Shown here: positions 27,851-43,479 of the stretch, piece after piece
How positions within the stretch are numbered: position 1 is the stretch's first letter
Layout: every line of letters begins with the position of its first letter
Assembly: GCA_036446455.1 (NCBI GenBank)
Contig: JAZFSZ010000115.1
Span: 267-64,266 of the forward strand
Source: Acidiferrobacterales bacterium
Lineage (GTDB): Bacteria > Pseudomonadota > Gammaproteobacteria > Acidiferrobacterales > JAJDNE01
Length of the DNA: 64,000 bases
Reading direction: 5' to 3'
Made by a program: the position numbers and the translations under genes
Notes under the pieces: generated by a model
The model's database searches: none
The model's input: the letters and a program-made list of their open reading frames with translations, nothing else
What the model was told of the DNA's origin: nothing

Positions 27851-28942
27851 GTGCCAAAAGTCACAGATCTTTTCAAGAAAAAGCGCCCCCCACTGATCGG
27901 GATCGATATTAGCGCCTCATCGGTGAAGGTGCTCGAACTGAGTCAAAGCGGTGAGCACTACCGTGTTGAGCGCTATGCCGTAGAGCCACTGCCGCAAAAT
28001 GCAGTGGTGGAGCATGCCATTACTGAGGTCGAGCAGGTCTCCGATGCGATTCAGCGGGCAGTAAAACGGTCGGGCACCAAGACCAAGCACGCCGCGGTCG
28101 CCGTAGCCGGCGCACATGTCATCACCAAGACCGTCAAGATACCTGCTGGCATGAGTGAAATCGAGCTCACCGGTCAGGTAGAAATGGAGGCCGATCACTA
28201 TATTCCTTATCCGCTGGACGAGGTGAATCTCGACTGGCAGGTGGTGGATACACCCAGCAGTGAAGACGAGCACCAGGAAGAGGAAGAACAACTGGTGTTG
28301 ATGGCTGCCTGCCGCAAGGAGATTGTCGATGACTATGTTGCGGTGGTGGAAGGCGCAGGCCTGAAACCGGGTATTGTCGATATCGAGACCTACGCCATGG
28401 AAAACGCATACTTTTTAATCTCGCATCACATGCCGGGTGCTGGCATGGAAAAGACGGTTGCGGTGATGGATGTGGGTTCGACGACAACCAACATCAATGT
28501 GATGCACAGCAACAAATCTGTCTATACCCGTGACCACACCTTCGGCGGCCGCCAATTGACTGAAGAAATTCAACGTCGATACGGCCTCTCTTATGAGGAG
28601 GCGGGTTTGGCGAAGAAGCAGGGAGGTCTGCCGGATAATTATCAGACCGACGTATTGCGGCCGTTTATGGAGGCTCTGTGTCAGGAAGTAACACGGGCAC
28701 TGCAATTCTTCTATTCGTCCAGTACCTTTAACAGTGTCGATCAGATTCTGCTCGCAGGTGGCTGCTCGCAGATCCCGGGTGTAGATGAACTGGTGGCAGC
28801 TCGAACCGGTATTCCGACAATGGTGGCGAACCCGTTTACCAGCATGTCTTTGGCATCCCGCATCAAACCACAGATTCTCAGTAATGATGCACCTTCATTG
28901 ATGATTACCTGCGGGCTGGCGATGAGGAGTTTTGATAAATGA
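27851..28942 (+). CDS. pilM: type IV pilus assembly protein PilM (actin-like ATPase fold)
   Basis: Sequence LIGIDISASSVKVLELS...VMDVGSTTTNINVM...LLAGGCSQIPGVDELV. First gene of the pilMNOPQ order. I prefer GTG 27851 (AAGGAAG upstream) over the track's TTG at 27830. Confidence 0.9.
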   Translation: MPKVTDLFKKKRPPLIGIDISASSVKVLELSQSGEHYRVERYAVEPLPQNAVVEHAITEVEQVSDAIQRAVKRSGTKTKHAAVAVAGAHVITKTVKIPAGMSEIELTGQVEMEADHYIPYPLDEVNLDWQVVDTPSSEDEHQEEEEQLVLMAACRKEIVDDYVAVVEGAGLKPGIVDIETYAMENAYFLISHHMPGAGMEKTVAVMDVGSTTTNINVMHSNKSVYTRDHTFGGRQLTEEIQRRYGLSYEEAGLAKKQGGLPDNYQTDVLRPFMEALCQEVTRALQFFYSSSTFNSVDQILLAGGCSQIPGVDELVAARTGIPTMVANPFTSMSLASRIKPQILSNDAPSLMITCGLAMRSFDK

Positions 28943-29559
28943 CGACCCATATCAACCTGTTGCCATGGCGCGATATGCAGCGCAAGGAACAGGATCGCCA
29001 GCTCCTGAGCATTGGTATTTTCGCGTGGATGCTAATGGGTTTGGTGGTGTTCTATGCCCACCTGCATGTTAGTGGCCTGATAGAAGCGCAAAATGTAAGA
29101 AACAAGTACCTTAAAACCGAAATCGCCGTACTGAATAATGTCATCAAGGAAATATCAAACATCAAGAAAAAGCGCAAGGCGCTGGTTGAGCGCATGAATG
29201 TTATTTACAAGCTGCAGGCGGACCGGACGCGAATGGTTCATGTGCTCGACGAGTTGACGCAGACATTGCCGGAAGGCGTTTACTACACCAGCCTGAAGCA
29301 ACAAGGTAACAAGCTATCACTTATCGGAATCGCACAGTCCAACGCGCGCGTTTCTACCCTGATGCGGAACTTTGCTGGGTCGACCTGGTTTGCCAGTCCA
29401 CGTTTATCGGTGGTCAAGGCCCAGGGTGCAGGTGGCGGGCGTGTGAGCACGTTTAATATGACCATTGTCCAACGCACCACACCAAAAAAAATTAAAGACA
29501 CTATTAAAGACACTATTAAAGACAAGAGTAAGGACAAGAGTAAGGACAAGAATAAATAA
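28939..29559 (+). CDS. pilN: type IV pilus assembly protein PilN
   Basis: INLLPWR motif, a single TM and a coiled-coil/ferredoxin-like periplasmic part. ATGA overlap with pilM. It has an unusual repetitive Lys/Asp C-terminal tail. Confidence 0.9.
   Translation: MTTHINLLPWRDMQRKEQDRQLLSIGIFAWMLMGLVVFYAHLHVSGLIEAQNVRNKYLKTEIAVLNNVIKEISNIKKKRKALVERMNVIYKLQADRTRMVHVLDELTQTLPEGVYYTSLKQQGNKLSLIGIAQSNARVSTLMRNFAGSTWFASPRLSVVKAQGAGGGRVSTFNMTIVQRTTPKKIKDTIKDTIKDKSKDKSKDKNK
29491..29550 (+). repeat. five in-frame 12-bp tandem units at the 3' end of pilN
   Basis: Read directly: ATTAAAGACACT / ATTAAAGACACT / ATTAAAGACAAG / AGTAAGGACAAG / AGTAAGGACAAG. These encode IKDT-IKDT-IKDK-SKDK-SKDK. Confidence 0.9.
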
Positions 29560-29562
29560 GCC

Positions 29563-30201
29563 ATGAAGCTTGAAGACTTTCAGAGCATCGACTGGAACGA
29601 CTTTTCGGCGTGGCCACTGTTCATCAAGGTGATCGGTGTCGGGGTTATTGCGGTGGCAATTCTGGCCGGCGGCTTCTGGTTCATTATTCAGGACGAGATT
29701 GACGGTTACAAATTGGCGCAGGAGAAAGAGCAATTACTGCGTAAGCAATTCGTGGCCAAAAAGGCCCTTGCTGTGAACTTACCGGCCTATAAGCAGCAGA
29801 TGACGGACATGAAGCAGACATTTGGCAGCCTGCTGCGGCAGTTGCCCAACTCGACGGAAGTGCCGGATCTGCTGGTGGATATTACGCAGGCGGGCCTCGG
29901 CCAGGGTTTGAAATTTAATTTGTTTAAACCGGGTAAGGAGCGCATAAAAGGATTTTACGCCGAACTTCCTATTAGCATTCAGGTCACGGGCCCCTATCAT
30001 CAGATTGCGGGTTTCGTGAGCGATGTTGCAGCGTTGCCCCGGATTGTCACTATCAATAACATTACAATCAGAAAATTAGGCAAAAAAAGTAGAAGTAAGG
30101 TGCTGAGCATGACCGCAACTGCGAAGACATATCGTTATCTCAGCAGCAGTGAAACTAAAAAGCAGAAGAAAAAGAAAGGCAAGCGTCGTCGTCGCAAGTG
30201 A
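29563..30201 (+). CDS. pilO: type IV pilus assembly protein PilO
   Basis: Position in the operon, a single TM (VIGVGVIAVAILAGGFWFII), a coiled coil and the PilO-like core (LPISIQVTGPYHQIAGFVSDVAALPRIVTINNITI). It has a poly-basic C-terminal tail. Confidence 0.88.
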   Translation: MKLEDFQSIDWNDFSAWPLFIKVIGVGVIAVAILAGGFWFIIQDEIDGYKLAQEKEQLLRKQFVAKKALAVNLPAYKQQMTDMKQTFGSLLRQLPNSTEVPDLLVDITQAGLGQGLKFNLFKPGKERIKGFYAELPISIQVTGPYHQIAGFVSDVAALPRIVTINNITIRKLGKKSRSKVLSMTATAKTYRYLSSSETKKQKKKKGKRRRRK

Positions 30202-30216
30202 GATTGAGTGCGTTTT

Positions 30217-30750
30217 ATGAAGTTTAAATATGCAATAAGTATATTGGTTTTATCGGCCACGGTTACTGCGTGTAGCAGTGATGGCTTGAGCGATTTGCGC
30301 ACGTTCACCAAAAACACGCACAAAGATCGAAAGCCACGAGTAGACCCGATACCCGAGGTGAAGGTGTTCGAAAAATATGCCTACACCGCGTATAAATTAC
30401 CGGATCCATTTTCCCGGGAGAATCTACGCAATACCGGTGTTTCAGCAAAGGTAAACGATGGTGAAGGACTGCAACCCGACCTGACGCGGCCGAAAGAAGC
30501 GTTGGAAGAATATCCGCTGGATGCGTTGACGATGGTTGGAACATTGGAGAGGCGCAATGTGATATGGGGTGTTATCCAAGTCGCCAGTGCCGACGGAGAA
30601 ATGCATCGCGTAAAAGTGGGTAATCATATGGGAAGAAACTTCGGGATGGTTACCGAGATTACCGACGATAAGATCGTGTTGGTAGAACTGGTTCGTAGCT
30701 CCCTGGGTGACTGGATAGAGCGGGAAGCTGCAATCAAGCTTAGAGAATGA
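30217..30750 (+). CDS. pilP: type IV pilus assembly lipoprotein PilP
   Basis: Lipobox LSATVTAC and a C-terminal beta-sandwich-like region (GVIQVASADGEMHRVKVGNHMGRNFGMVTEITDDKIVLVE). Position is between pilO and pilQ. The start is ATG 30217 or GTG 30208. Confidence 0.85.
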   Translation: MKFKYAISILVLSATVTACSSDGLSDLRTFTKNTHKDRKPRVDPIPEVKVFEKYAYTAYKLPDPFSRENLRNTGVSAKVNDGEGLQPDLTRPKEALEEYPLDALTMVGTLERRNVIWGVIQVASADGEMHRVKVGNHMGRNFGMVTEITDDKIVLVELVRSSLGDWIEREAAIKLRE

Positions 30751-33287
30751 TTCATCCAGAGGCTGGGCCAATGATGGAAAGTCATATTATGAAAAGTTTG
30801 TCAAAACGTATCACTACCGGATTAAATATATTGCTGCTACTGGCAATCGCAAGCCCGGTGTTTGCGGGTCAGGTGACGTCAGTGGAGTGGCGGTCCAAGG
30901 GCAAGGCGCCGGTTTTATCAATCAAGCTGTCCAGCAGTGTGTCATCTTATGAAACACGAAGTTTCGAAGGCGGTAAAAGACTGCGCATCATTATTCATGA
31001 TACCACGCTGGGGACATCACTCCTTGACCTGCCAGGCAGTGGCATCGTCAAAGGTGTTTTTCCCTACCTCGCAGGTGATGGCACGTCGACTAACATTGAT
31101 CTGTTAATGGATCAACCGGGCCAGGTGAAAGTAACGAAAAAGCGTCGTGAATTACGCATCAGGATATCGCGCCTGAAAGGTGGTTCAAAAGCGGCACGCA
31201 GGCAAATGACAGTGAGCAAGGGTGGCAACGCTATCACCGATGTGCGTTTCACCAAGCTGCCCGGCAGCCGCGTTCAGATCACGTTGAAAATGGTGCAAAC
31301 ACCAACGAAACCGAACACGTTCACTATTACCAATCCGGCTCGCATCTCGCTGGATTTCTCCAATACTGGAATTCACCTTCTGAAGAAATCTGTGCCCATC
31401 AAGACCGGCGCAGTGGACACCGTAAACGTGGTGCAATCAGGTAATCGTACACGTGTGGTACTCACGCTGTATCAGGCGGTTGCCTACAATACCAGTATCG
31501 AAGAAAACGCCTACGTTATTACGGTAGAAAGTCCCACGATTCGTAGCCTGCAGGACGATCAAATCCGGACGACACATTTTGCCGGTTCCGGTAAGGAAGG
31601 CAAGCACCGAATTACCGATATTGATTTTAGGAGAGAGCCCGACGGCGGCGCGAAAATAGTGATCAAGCTGTCCGACCCCTCTGTCGGTGTAGATATCCGG
31701 GAACAGGCGGGTGAAATCCTGGTCGATTTTCTCGACACACGGGTACCCTTATCATTGCAAAAGCGACTCGACGTGGTTGATTTTGCGACACCGGTGAAAA
31801 CAATAGACACATTTAGCCGCGGACGAAACACACGTGTTGTTATTACTCCAACGGGAGCGTATGAGCATCTTGCTTATCAGGCCGGCAATGTGTTCACTAT
31901 AAACATTAAACCAATACCAGAAGGCGAAAAGGATAGGAGAGTTAAAGATGAATTCGGTTATACCGGTGAGAAGCTTTCACTAAACTTTCAGCGAATTTCG
32001 GTTAGAGACGCGTTACAGGTGCTCGCCGACTTTACCGGGCTGAACTTTGTCATCAGTGACAGCGTATCCGGCAACCTGACGCTTCGACTCAAGGATGTAC
32101 CCTGGGACCAGGCAATGGATATTATTCTAGAGAGCAAAAATCTTGGTCAGCGGGAAAGAGGCAATGTGGTTGTGATCGCACCGGAACGGGAGCTGGCTGC
32201 GAAAGACAAGGCCATCCTGGAAGCCAAAAAGACGGTGCGGGATCTGGAGCCCCTGGTCTCTGAGCTGATCCGCATTAACTACGCTAAAGCGGCCGATATT
32301 GCCAGATTACTGAAATCAGTCAAGGCCGTTGAATCAGGATTTACGTCGGCAAATCCGTTCCAGACAATTTCGTATGCGGGCGAACAGAAGCTGGAATCAA
32401 ATTCGTTATTGTCAGCGCGTGGTCAGGTTACCGTAGACGTACGCACCAACTCCATCCTTATTCAGGACACACCCACAAAAATACAGGAAGTACGTAAGCT
32501 GATTGCCTTGCTCGACCAACCTGTTGAACAGGTGATGATTGAGGCACGTCTGGTGGAGGCAACATCCACTTTTGTAAAATCATTAGGCGCCAGGTTTGGG
32601 GTCACCAAAGCCAGTTTTGGCGCGACGACCACGGCCAGTCTGACTGGCAGCCTGGAAGGTAATATCAGCATTATCAACACAGGCACATTGGCCGCCAATA
32701 CCGACGGCTTGAATGTGGATCTGCCTTCCACCGGTATTGGACTGGCGAACCCCGGGCAAATCGCGTTGACGCTGGCCAAGCTGGGTTCAGGGGAACTTCT
32801 GCAACTGGAGCTGTCGGCACTGGAACAGGAGGGAAACGGCAAGATCATTTCCAGCCCGCGAATAATCACCGCAAACCAGCAGACGGCAACTATCGAGCAG
32901 GGGCAAGAGCGCGAATTTTCGGTGGGCTCAGGTCTATCAAAAATACAAACAGCTGTGCTCAAGCTGGAAGTTACGCCGCAGATTACTCCCGACCGTCGTA
33001 TTTTGCTTGATGTCATAGTGACAAAAGACAACTTCGCCGATGTGGCCTCAGGGTTGATCAACAAGAAAAGAATTGAAACGAGCATTCTGCTTGATAACGG
33101 TGAGACAATCGCCATCGGTGGCATCTATGAACAAGACTCGGGCGATACCACAACCCAGATACCGGTGTTCGGACGACTGCCGATTATAGGCTGGATGTTC
33201 AAAAATAAAGAGCACAAAGATAACAAAACCGAGCTTCTGATCTTCCTGACACCGAAAATACTATCCGACAAAATCGGCTTGAGATAA
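30747..33287 (+). CDS. pilQ: type IV pilus secretin PilQ with N-terminal AMIN-like modules
   Basis: Secretin C-terminal signature LLDNGETIAIGGIYEQD...IPVFGRLPIIGWMFKNKEHKDNKTELLIFLTPKIL. It also has an STN/N0-like region (ISVRDALQVLADFTGLNFVISDSVSGNLTLRLKDVPWDQAMDIIL) and two repeated N-terminal modules. ATGA overlap with pilP. An alternative start at ATG 30789 gives a cleaner signal peptide. Confidence 0.92.
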   Translation: MIHPEAGPMMESHIMKSLSKRITTGLNILLLLAIASPVFAGQVTSVEWRSKGKAPVLSIKLSSSVSSYETRSFEGGKRLRIIIHDTTLGTSLLDLPGSGIVKGVFPYLAGDGTSTNIDLLMDQPGQVKVTKKRRELRIRISRLKGGSKAARRQMTVSKGGNAITDVRFTKLPGSRVQITLKMVQTPTKPNTFTITNPARISLDFSNTGIHLLKKSVPIKTGAVDTVNVVQSGNRTRVVLTLYQAVAYNTSIEENAYVITVESPTIRSLQDDQIRTTHFAGSGKEGKHRITDIDFRREPDGGAKIVIKLSDPSVGVDIREQAGEILVDFLDTRVPLSLQKRLDVVDFATPVKTIDTFSRGRNTRVVITPTGAYEHLAYQAGNVFTINIKPIPEGEKDRRVKDEFGYTGEKLSLNFQRISVRDALQVLADFTGLNFVISDSVSGNLTLRLKDVPWDQAMDIILESKNLGQRERGNVVVIAPERELAAKDKAILEAKKTVRDLEPLVSELIRINYAKAADIARLLKSVKAVESGFTSANPFQTISYAGEQKLESNSLLSARGQVTVDVRTNSILIQDTPTKIQEVRKLIALLDQPVEQVMIEARLVEATSTFVKSLGARFGVTKASFGATTTASLTGSLEGNISIINTGTLAANTDGLNVDLPSTGIGLANPGQIALTLAKLGSGELLQLELSALEQEGNGKIISSPRIITANQQTATIEQGQEREFSVGSGLSKIQTAVLKLEVTPQITPDRRILLDVIVTKDNFADVASGLINKKRIETSILLDNGETIAIGGIYEQDSGDTTTQIPVFGRLPIIGWMFKNKEHKDNKTELLIFLTPKILSDKIGLR

Positions 33288-33360
33288 TTGTGTGTCCGGG
33301 GCGCACGCCATTTGCCCCGGGCTTGCGTTCTCCCGGCGTAGCTGGCATATCATGCCGGCC

Positions 33361-33894
33361 ATGAATATTCCCCAAAATATATATCTGGTTGGACCCATGG
33401 GTGCGGGCAAATCGACCATTGGCCGCCACCTCGCCGATATGACGGACAAGCAGTTTCGCGATGCTGACCAGGAAATTGAAAACCGTACCGGTGCATCGAT
33501 ACCCTTAATATTCGAGATAGAGGGCGAAGAAGGATTCCGCAGGCGCGAAAGCGCCATGTTGGCAGAATTGGCTGGGGAACCAGGCCTGGTGCTGGCGACA
33601 GGTGGCGGAGTCGTTCTTACGGCAGACAATCGTCACCTGCTGAGCGACAATGGTTTCGTGGTATACCTTCACGCCGACATTGAAATTCTCTATGAACGAA
33701 CCCGGCATGACCGCAATCGTCCGCTGCTGAACGAAGGTGATCGACGCCTGAAGCTGGCGGAGATCATGGCTGTCCGGGATCCGCTTTACCGGGAGGTGGC
33801 AGACCTGGTGATCGAAACCGACAAGCGGCCGGCGAAAACAGTGGCCAGGAAAATTTTCGAGTCGATACAGGCAAGATCGGATGCAAACACTTGA
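33361..33894 (+). CDS. aroK: shikimate kinase
   Basis: [20 protein letters not shown] (P-loop), FRDADQEIE and ATGGGVV. Directly downstream of pilQ. The track's upstream extension (33292) lacks homology logic. Confidence 0.9.
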   Translation: MNIPQNIYLVGPMGAGKSTIGRHLADMTDKQFRDADQEIENRTGASIPLIFEIEGEEGFRRRESAMLAELAGEPGLVLATGGGVVLTADNRHLLSDNGFVVYLHADIEILYERTRHDRNRPLLNEGDRRLKLAEIMAVRDPLYREVADLVIETDKRPAKTVARKIFESIQARSDANT

Positions 33895-34993
33895 GCTTGA
33901 TTTGGGTAAGAGGAGTTACCCGATCTATGTCGGCAGCGGCCTGCTGCACGAAAATGACTTGCTGGCGCAACATGTTGCCGGATTCCGTGTGGCTATTATT
34001 AGCAACGAGACTGTGGCACCGCTTTATCTGAAAGAGGTGGAACAAGCACTATCGGATTTCGAACGCATCAGCGTCGTTTTGCCAGACGGTGAGAAATTTA
34101 AAAACCTCGAAACTCTTAACAAGATCTTCGACACGCTACTGGAAACCCGTTGCGACCGGCAGGTCACGCTGATTGCTCTGGGCGGCGGCGTTATTGGCGA
34201 CATGACCGGCTTTGCGGCCGCGTGCTACCAGCGAGGAGTAGCGTATATCCAGATACCGACCACGCTGCTGGCGCAGGTGGATTCCTCGGTTGGCGGCAAG
34301 ACCGGCGTCAACCATGCGCTGGGTAAAAACATGATCGGCGCCTTTTATCAGCCGAAATGCGTACTGATTGATACCGATACACTGAAGACATTGCCGGACG
34401 AAGAACTCTCTGCCGGATTGGCAGAAGTTATCAAATACGGCCTGATTCGCGACATTGAGTTTCTTCGCTGGCTTGAGCAAAACATGGAGAAGTTGCTCGA
34501 ACGGGATAGCGATGCGCTGGCCTATGCCATCGAACGCTGCTGTCAGAACAAGGCGGAAATTGTCGCTGAAGATGAGCGTGAAACCGGCCAGCGGGCATTG
34601 TTGAATCTGGGGCATACCTTTGGCCATGCCATTGAGACTGGCAGTGGTTATGGCAACTGGTTACATGGCGAAGCGGTGGCAGCGGGCATGGCAATGGCAG
34701 TTGACCTGTCACAGCGCATGGCTTGGCTTAGTGATAATGATGTTGGCCGCGTAAGCGAAATCCTGAAACGCGCCCGCCTGCCGGTCTGTGGGCCCGACAC
34801 CCTCTCGGTCGATCGGTATCTTGAGCTGATGGCTGTTGATAAAAAAGTGATAGCCGGCCAGTTGCGACTGGTACTACTGCATAAACTGGGCAACGCATTT
34901 ATTTGCGAATCTTTTGACGAGGACAAATTGCGGCAAACGCTGGAGAAGTGCCGCATGGCCAACGCGCGTGCTGCGAGCGGGGCGAATAAATGA
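33881..34993 (+). CDS. aroB: 3-dehydroquinate synthase
   Basis: 370-aa ORF with [43 protein letters not shown] and [12 protein letters not shown] motifs. Confidence 0.92.
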   Translation: MQTLELDLGKRSYPIYVGSGLLHENDLLAQHVAGFRVAIISNETVAPLYLKEVEQALSDFERISVVLPDGEKFKNLETLNKIFDTLLETRCDRQVTLIALGGGVIGDMTGFAAACYQRGVAYIQIPTTLLAQVDSSVGGKTGVNHALGKNMIGAFYQPKCVLIDTDTLKTLPDEELSAGLAEVIKYGLIRDIEFLRWLEQNMEKLLERDSDALAYAIERCCQNKAEIVAEDERETGQRALLNLGHTFGHAIETGSGYGNWLHGEAVAAGMAMAVDLSQRMAWLSDNDVGRVSEILKRARLPVCGPDTLSVDRYLELMAVDKKVIAGQLRLVLLHKLGNAFICESFDEDKLRQTLEKCRMANARAASGANK

Positions 34994-36144
34994 GCCTGGC
35001 GCCGTACGCGGCCAATGACAAGCATAGCCGCGGACGCTCGCACGACGAGCCACCTCCAGCCTACCGGAGTGAATACCAGCGCGATCGTGATCGCATTGTC
35101 CACAGCGCGGCATTCCGCCGTCTCGAATACAAGACCCAGGTGTTTGTAAATCATGAGGGTGATCTTTTTCGTACGCGACTGACCCACTCCATCGAGGTGG
35201 CGCAAATCGGTCGCTCCATCGCACGCTCCCTTTCGCTAAACGAAGATATTACCGAAGCGATAGCGCTGGCCCACGATCTGGGTCATACCCCGTTTGGGCA
35301 TGCCGGTCAGGACGCTCTGAATGACTGCATGCAACAGTATGGCGGCTTTGAACACAATCTTCAGTCGCTGCGTGTGGTCGATGTACTGGAAGAGCGGTAC
35401 GCTGAATTTCCTGGCCTGAATCTCACTTATGAGACGCGTGAAGGAATTCTGAAACACTGTTCCAATCGTGAGGCAATGAAACTGGGCGAACTGGGTAAGC
35501 GGTTCCTGCAAAAAAAACAGCCGGGGGCGGAGGCTCAGCTGGTCAATCTCGCCGATGAAATTGCTTACAACAATCATGATGTGGATGATGGCCTTCGTTA
35601 CGGCTTGATCGAGATCGATGAATTGTGCGAAATCAAATTATTCGCGGAGCAGTTTGATGAAGTACAACGTCGCTATCCCGATTTATCAAAGAGAAGGCGC
35701 ATTCACGAGATTATCCGACGCATGATCAATCGCATGGTGGTTGATCTGGTGGAAAACAGCCAGCGTCATTTGTCCGATGCCGGTGTCAGCTCACCGGATG
35801 AGGTTCGCAATGCAAAGGTGAATCTTATCGCCTATAGCGAAGAGCTGGGTGAACAGATGCTGGAGTTAAAGCGCTTCCTGCGAAAGCGCCTTTACGATCA
35901 CTACCGAGTTAGGCGCATGAGCCTGAAGTCAGCCAACATTATCAGGCAATTGTTCGATGCTTTCATGAACGATGTTCGACTTTTGCCGCCGCAATATCAG
36001 GAAAAAATCGGCACGGTTATTGTCGAAGGGATGGAACCGGAGGTGGGCCAAGCCAGAACTATCGCCGATTACATCGCCGGCATGACCGATCGCTATGCGA
36101 TTGCGGAGCACGCCAGGTTATTTGCGCCCGAAGTTCCGGTTTAA
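34990..36144 (+). CDS. dgt: dGTP triphosphohydrolase-like HD-domain protein
   Basis: [43 protein letters not shown] and [15 protein letters not shown] (HD motif). ATGA overlap with aroB. Confidence 0.85.
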   Translation: MSLAPYAANDKHSRGRSHDEPPPAYRSEYQRDRDRIVHSAAFRRLEYKTQVFVNHEGDLFRTRLTHSIEVAQIGRSIARSLSLNEDITEAIALAHDLGHTPFGHAGQDALNDCMQQYGGFEHNLQSLRVVDVLEERYAEFPGLNLTYETREGILKHCSNREAMKLGELGKRFLQKKQPGAEAQLVNLADEIAYNNHDVDDGLRYGLIEIDELCEIKLFAEQFDEVQRRYPDLSKRRRIHEIIRRMINRMVVDLVENSQRHLSDAGVSSPDEVRNAKVNLIAYSEELGEQMLELKRFLRKRLYDHYRVRRMSLKSANIIRQLFDAFMNDVRLLPPQYQEKIGTVIVEGMEPEVGQARTIADYIAGMTDRYAIAEHARLFAPEVPV

Positions 36145-36230
36145 CGGGGACGGGCCTGACAAAGCCCTCCCGCAGCTGATGCTGGTCGGGAAATCCCGAA
36201 TTACCCTTGTTTTTACGCCATTTTGTGCAA

Positions 36231-36259
36231 TTGAACCCCTGTTGCCGCGCCGGTATACT
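36231..36259 (+). promoter_or_regulatory. candidate sigma-70 promoter upstream of gltB (TTGAAC-17 nt-TATACT)
   Basis: TTGAAC at 36231-36236 and TATACT at 36254-36259, with an exactly 17-nt spacer, ~90 nt upstream of the gltB GTG start. Sequence match only. Confidence 0.4.
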
Positions 36260-36346
36260 TTCCCGCCATTTGTCCGGTGTAAGCTGCGGGTTATATGGGC
36301 ATTTGGCAAACATATTGGGCAACGTATACAGTAAAGAGATATAGAT

Positions 36347-42257
<5,911 letters not shown>

Positions 42258-42308
42258 CCGCCCCTGTCGGCATCCCGGTAGCGCCACAGACAATTTGAAA
42301 AAATAATT

Positions 42309-43376
42309 ATGGCAGAGTTAAAAAATGATCGCTTTCTGCGAGCCTTGATGCGCCAGCCGGTAGATATGACACCGGTCTGGATGATGCGGCAGGCAGGTCG
42401 CTATCTGCCGGAGTATCGGAACACGCGCACCAAGGCAGGCGACTTTATGACGCTGTGTTCAACGCCAGAACTTGCGTGCGAGGTGACGCTGCAGCCGCTT
42501 GAACGCTTTGCGCTGGATGCTGCAATTCTATTCTCGGATATTCTCACTGTGCCCGATGCCATGGGGTTGGGGCTTTATTTTGAAACTGGTGAAGGCCCGA
42601 AGTTTAAAAATGCCATCAGAACCGCCGCGGACATCGATGCTCTGAAACGTCCTGATCCCGAAGAAGAGTTGCGCTATGTCATGGACGCGGTACGCCTGAT
42701 TCGCAAGGAGCTTGACGGACGTGTACCGCTGATAGGTTTCGCCGGTAGCCCGTGGACTATTTCCACCTACATGGTTGAAGGCGGGAGCAGCAAGACATTC
42801 GATGTCATCAAGCAGATGATGTTCAGTCAGCCGGCAATGCTGCATCGATTGCTCGACACCGTCGCGGTATCAGTTATTGATTATATCAATGCGCAAATCG
42901 CCGCCGGTGCGCAGGTGATAATGATCTTCGATACCTGGGGAGGTGCGCTCACTCCGCGTGACTATCAGGAATTTTCGCTGCGGTACATGCAGCAGATTGT
43001 AGACAGCCTGACTCGCGAGGCAGACGGGCGCGCCGTACCAGTGATCCTGTTTACCAAGAACGGCGGCCAATGGCTGGAGGTTATGGCCGACACCGGCTGC
43101 GATGCCCTGGGTATTGACTGGACCACTGACATGGGCGAAGCGAGAACCCGGGTGGGCAACCGCGTCGCCTTGCAGGGAAACATGGACCCTTGCGTTCTGT
43201 ATGCGTCACCGGATCGCATACGCGAAGAAGTTGCTGGCATACTGCGCAGTTATGGCGAAGGCACCGGTATGGTATTCAATCTCGGCCACGGTATTCATCC
43301 CCAAGTGAATCCCGATCACGCTGCTGCATTTATTGATGCAGTGCACGAATTGAGTGCCAGTTACCACAAGAATTAA
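42309..43376 (+). CDS. hemE: uroporphyrinogen decarboxylase
   Basis: 355-aa ORF with [16 protein letters not shown] and [14 protein letters not shown] signatures. Confidence 0.93.
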   Translation: MAELKNDRFLRALMRQPVDMTPVWMMRQAGRYLPEYRNTRTKAGDFMTLCSTPELACEVTLQPLERFALDAAILFSDILTVPDAMGLGLYFETGEGPKFKNAIRTAADIDALKRPDPEEELRYVMDAVRLIRKELDGRVPLIGFAGSPWTISTYMVEGGSSKTFDVIKQMMFSQPAMLHRLLDTVAVSVIDYINAQIAAGAQVIMIFDTWGGALTPRDYQEFSLRYMQQIVDSLTREADGRAVPVILFTKNGGQWLEVMADTGCDALGIDWTTDMGEARTRVGNRVALQGNMDPCVLYASPDRIREEVAGILRSYGEGTGMVFNLGHGIHPQVNPDHAAAFIDAVHELSASYHKN

Positions 43377-43479
43377 CAGCCCCGCCCGTGCTTTTATACG
43401 CCTTGACCCGCCTGCATAGGCATTCTCGTTTCCTTATCTGGCATTGTGATCAGATGGATGTTACTTATTCAAGGCAAGT

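Noticed and set aside
34990-36144. dGTPase-like gene as a possible anti-phage dNTP-depletion defence gene.
   Set aside because: It is translationally coupled (ATGA) to aroB inside a conserved housekeeping block (pilQ-aroK-aroB-...-gltBD). It has no neighbouring defence, mobile or toxin genes and no compositional anomaly. It is most simply a housekeeping Dgt paralogue.
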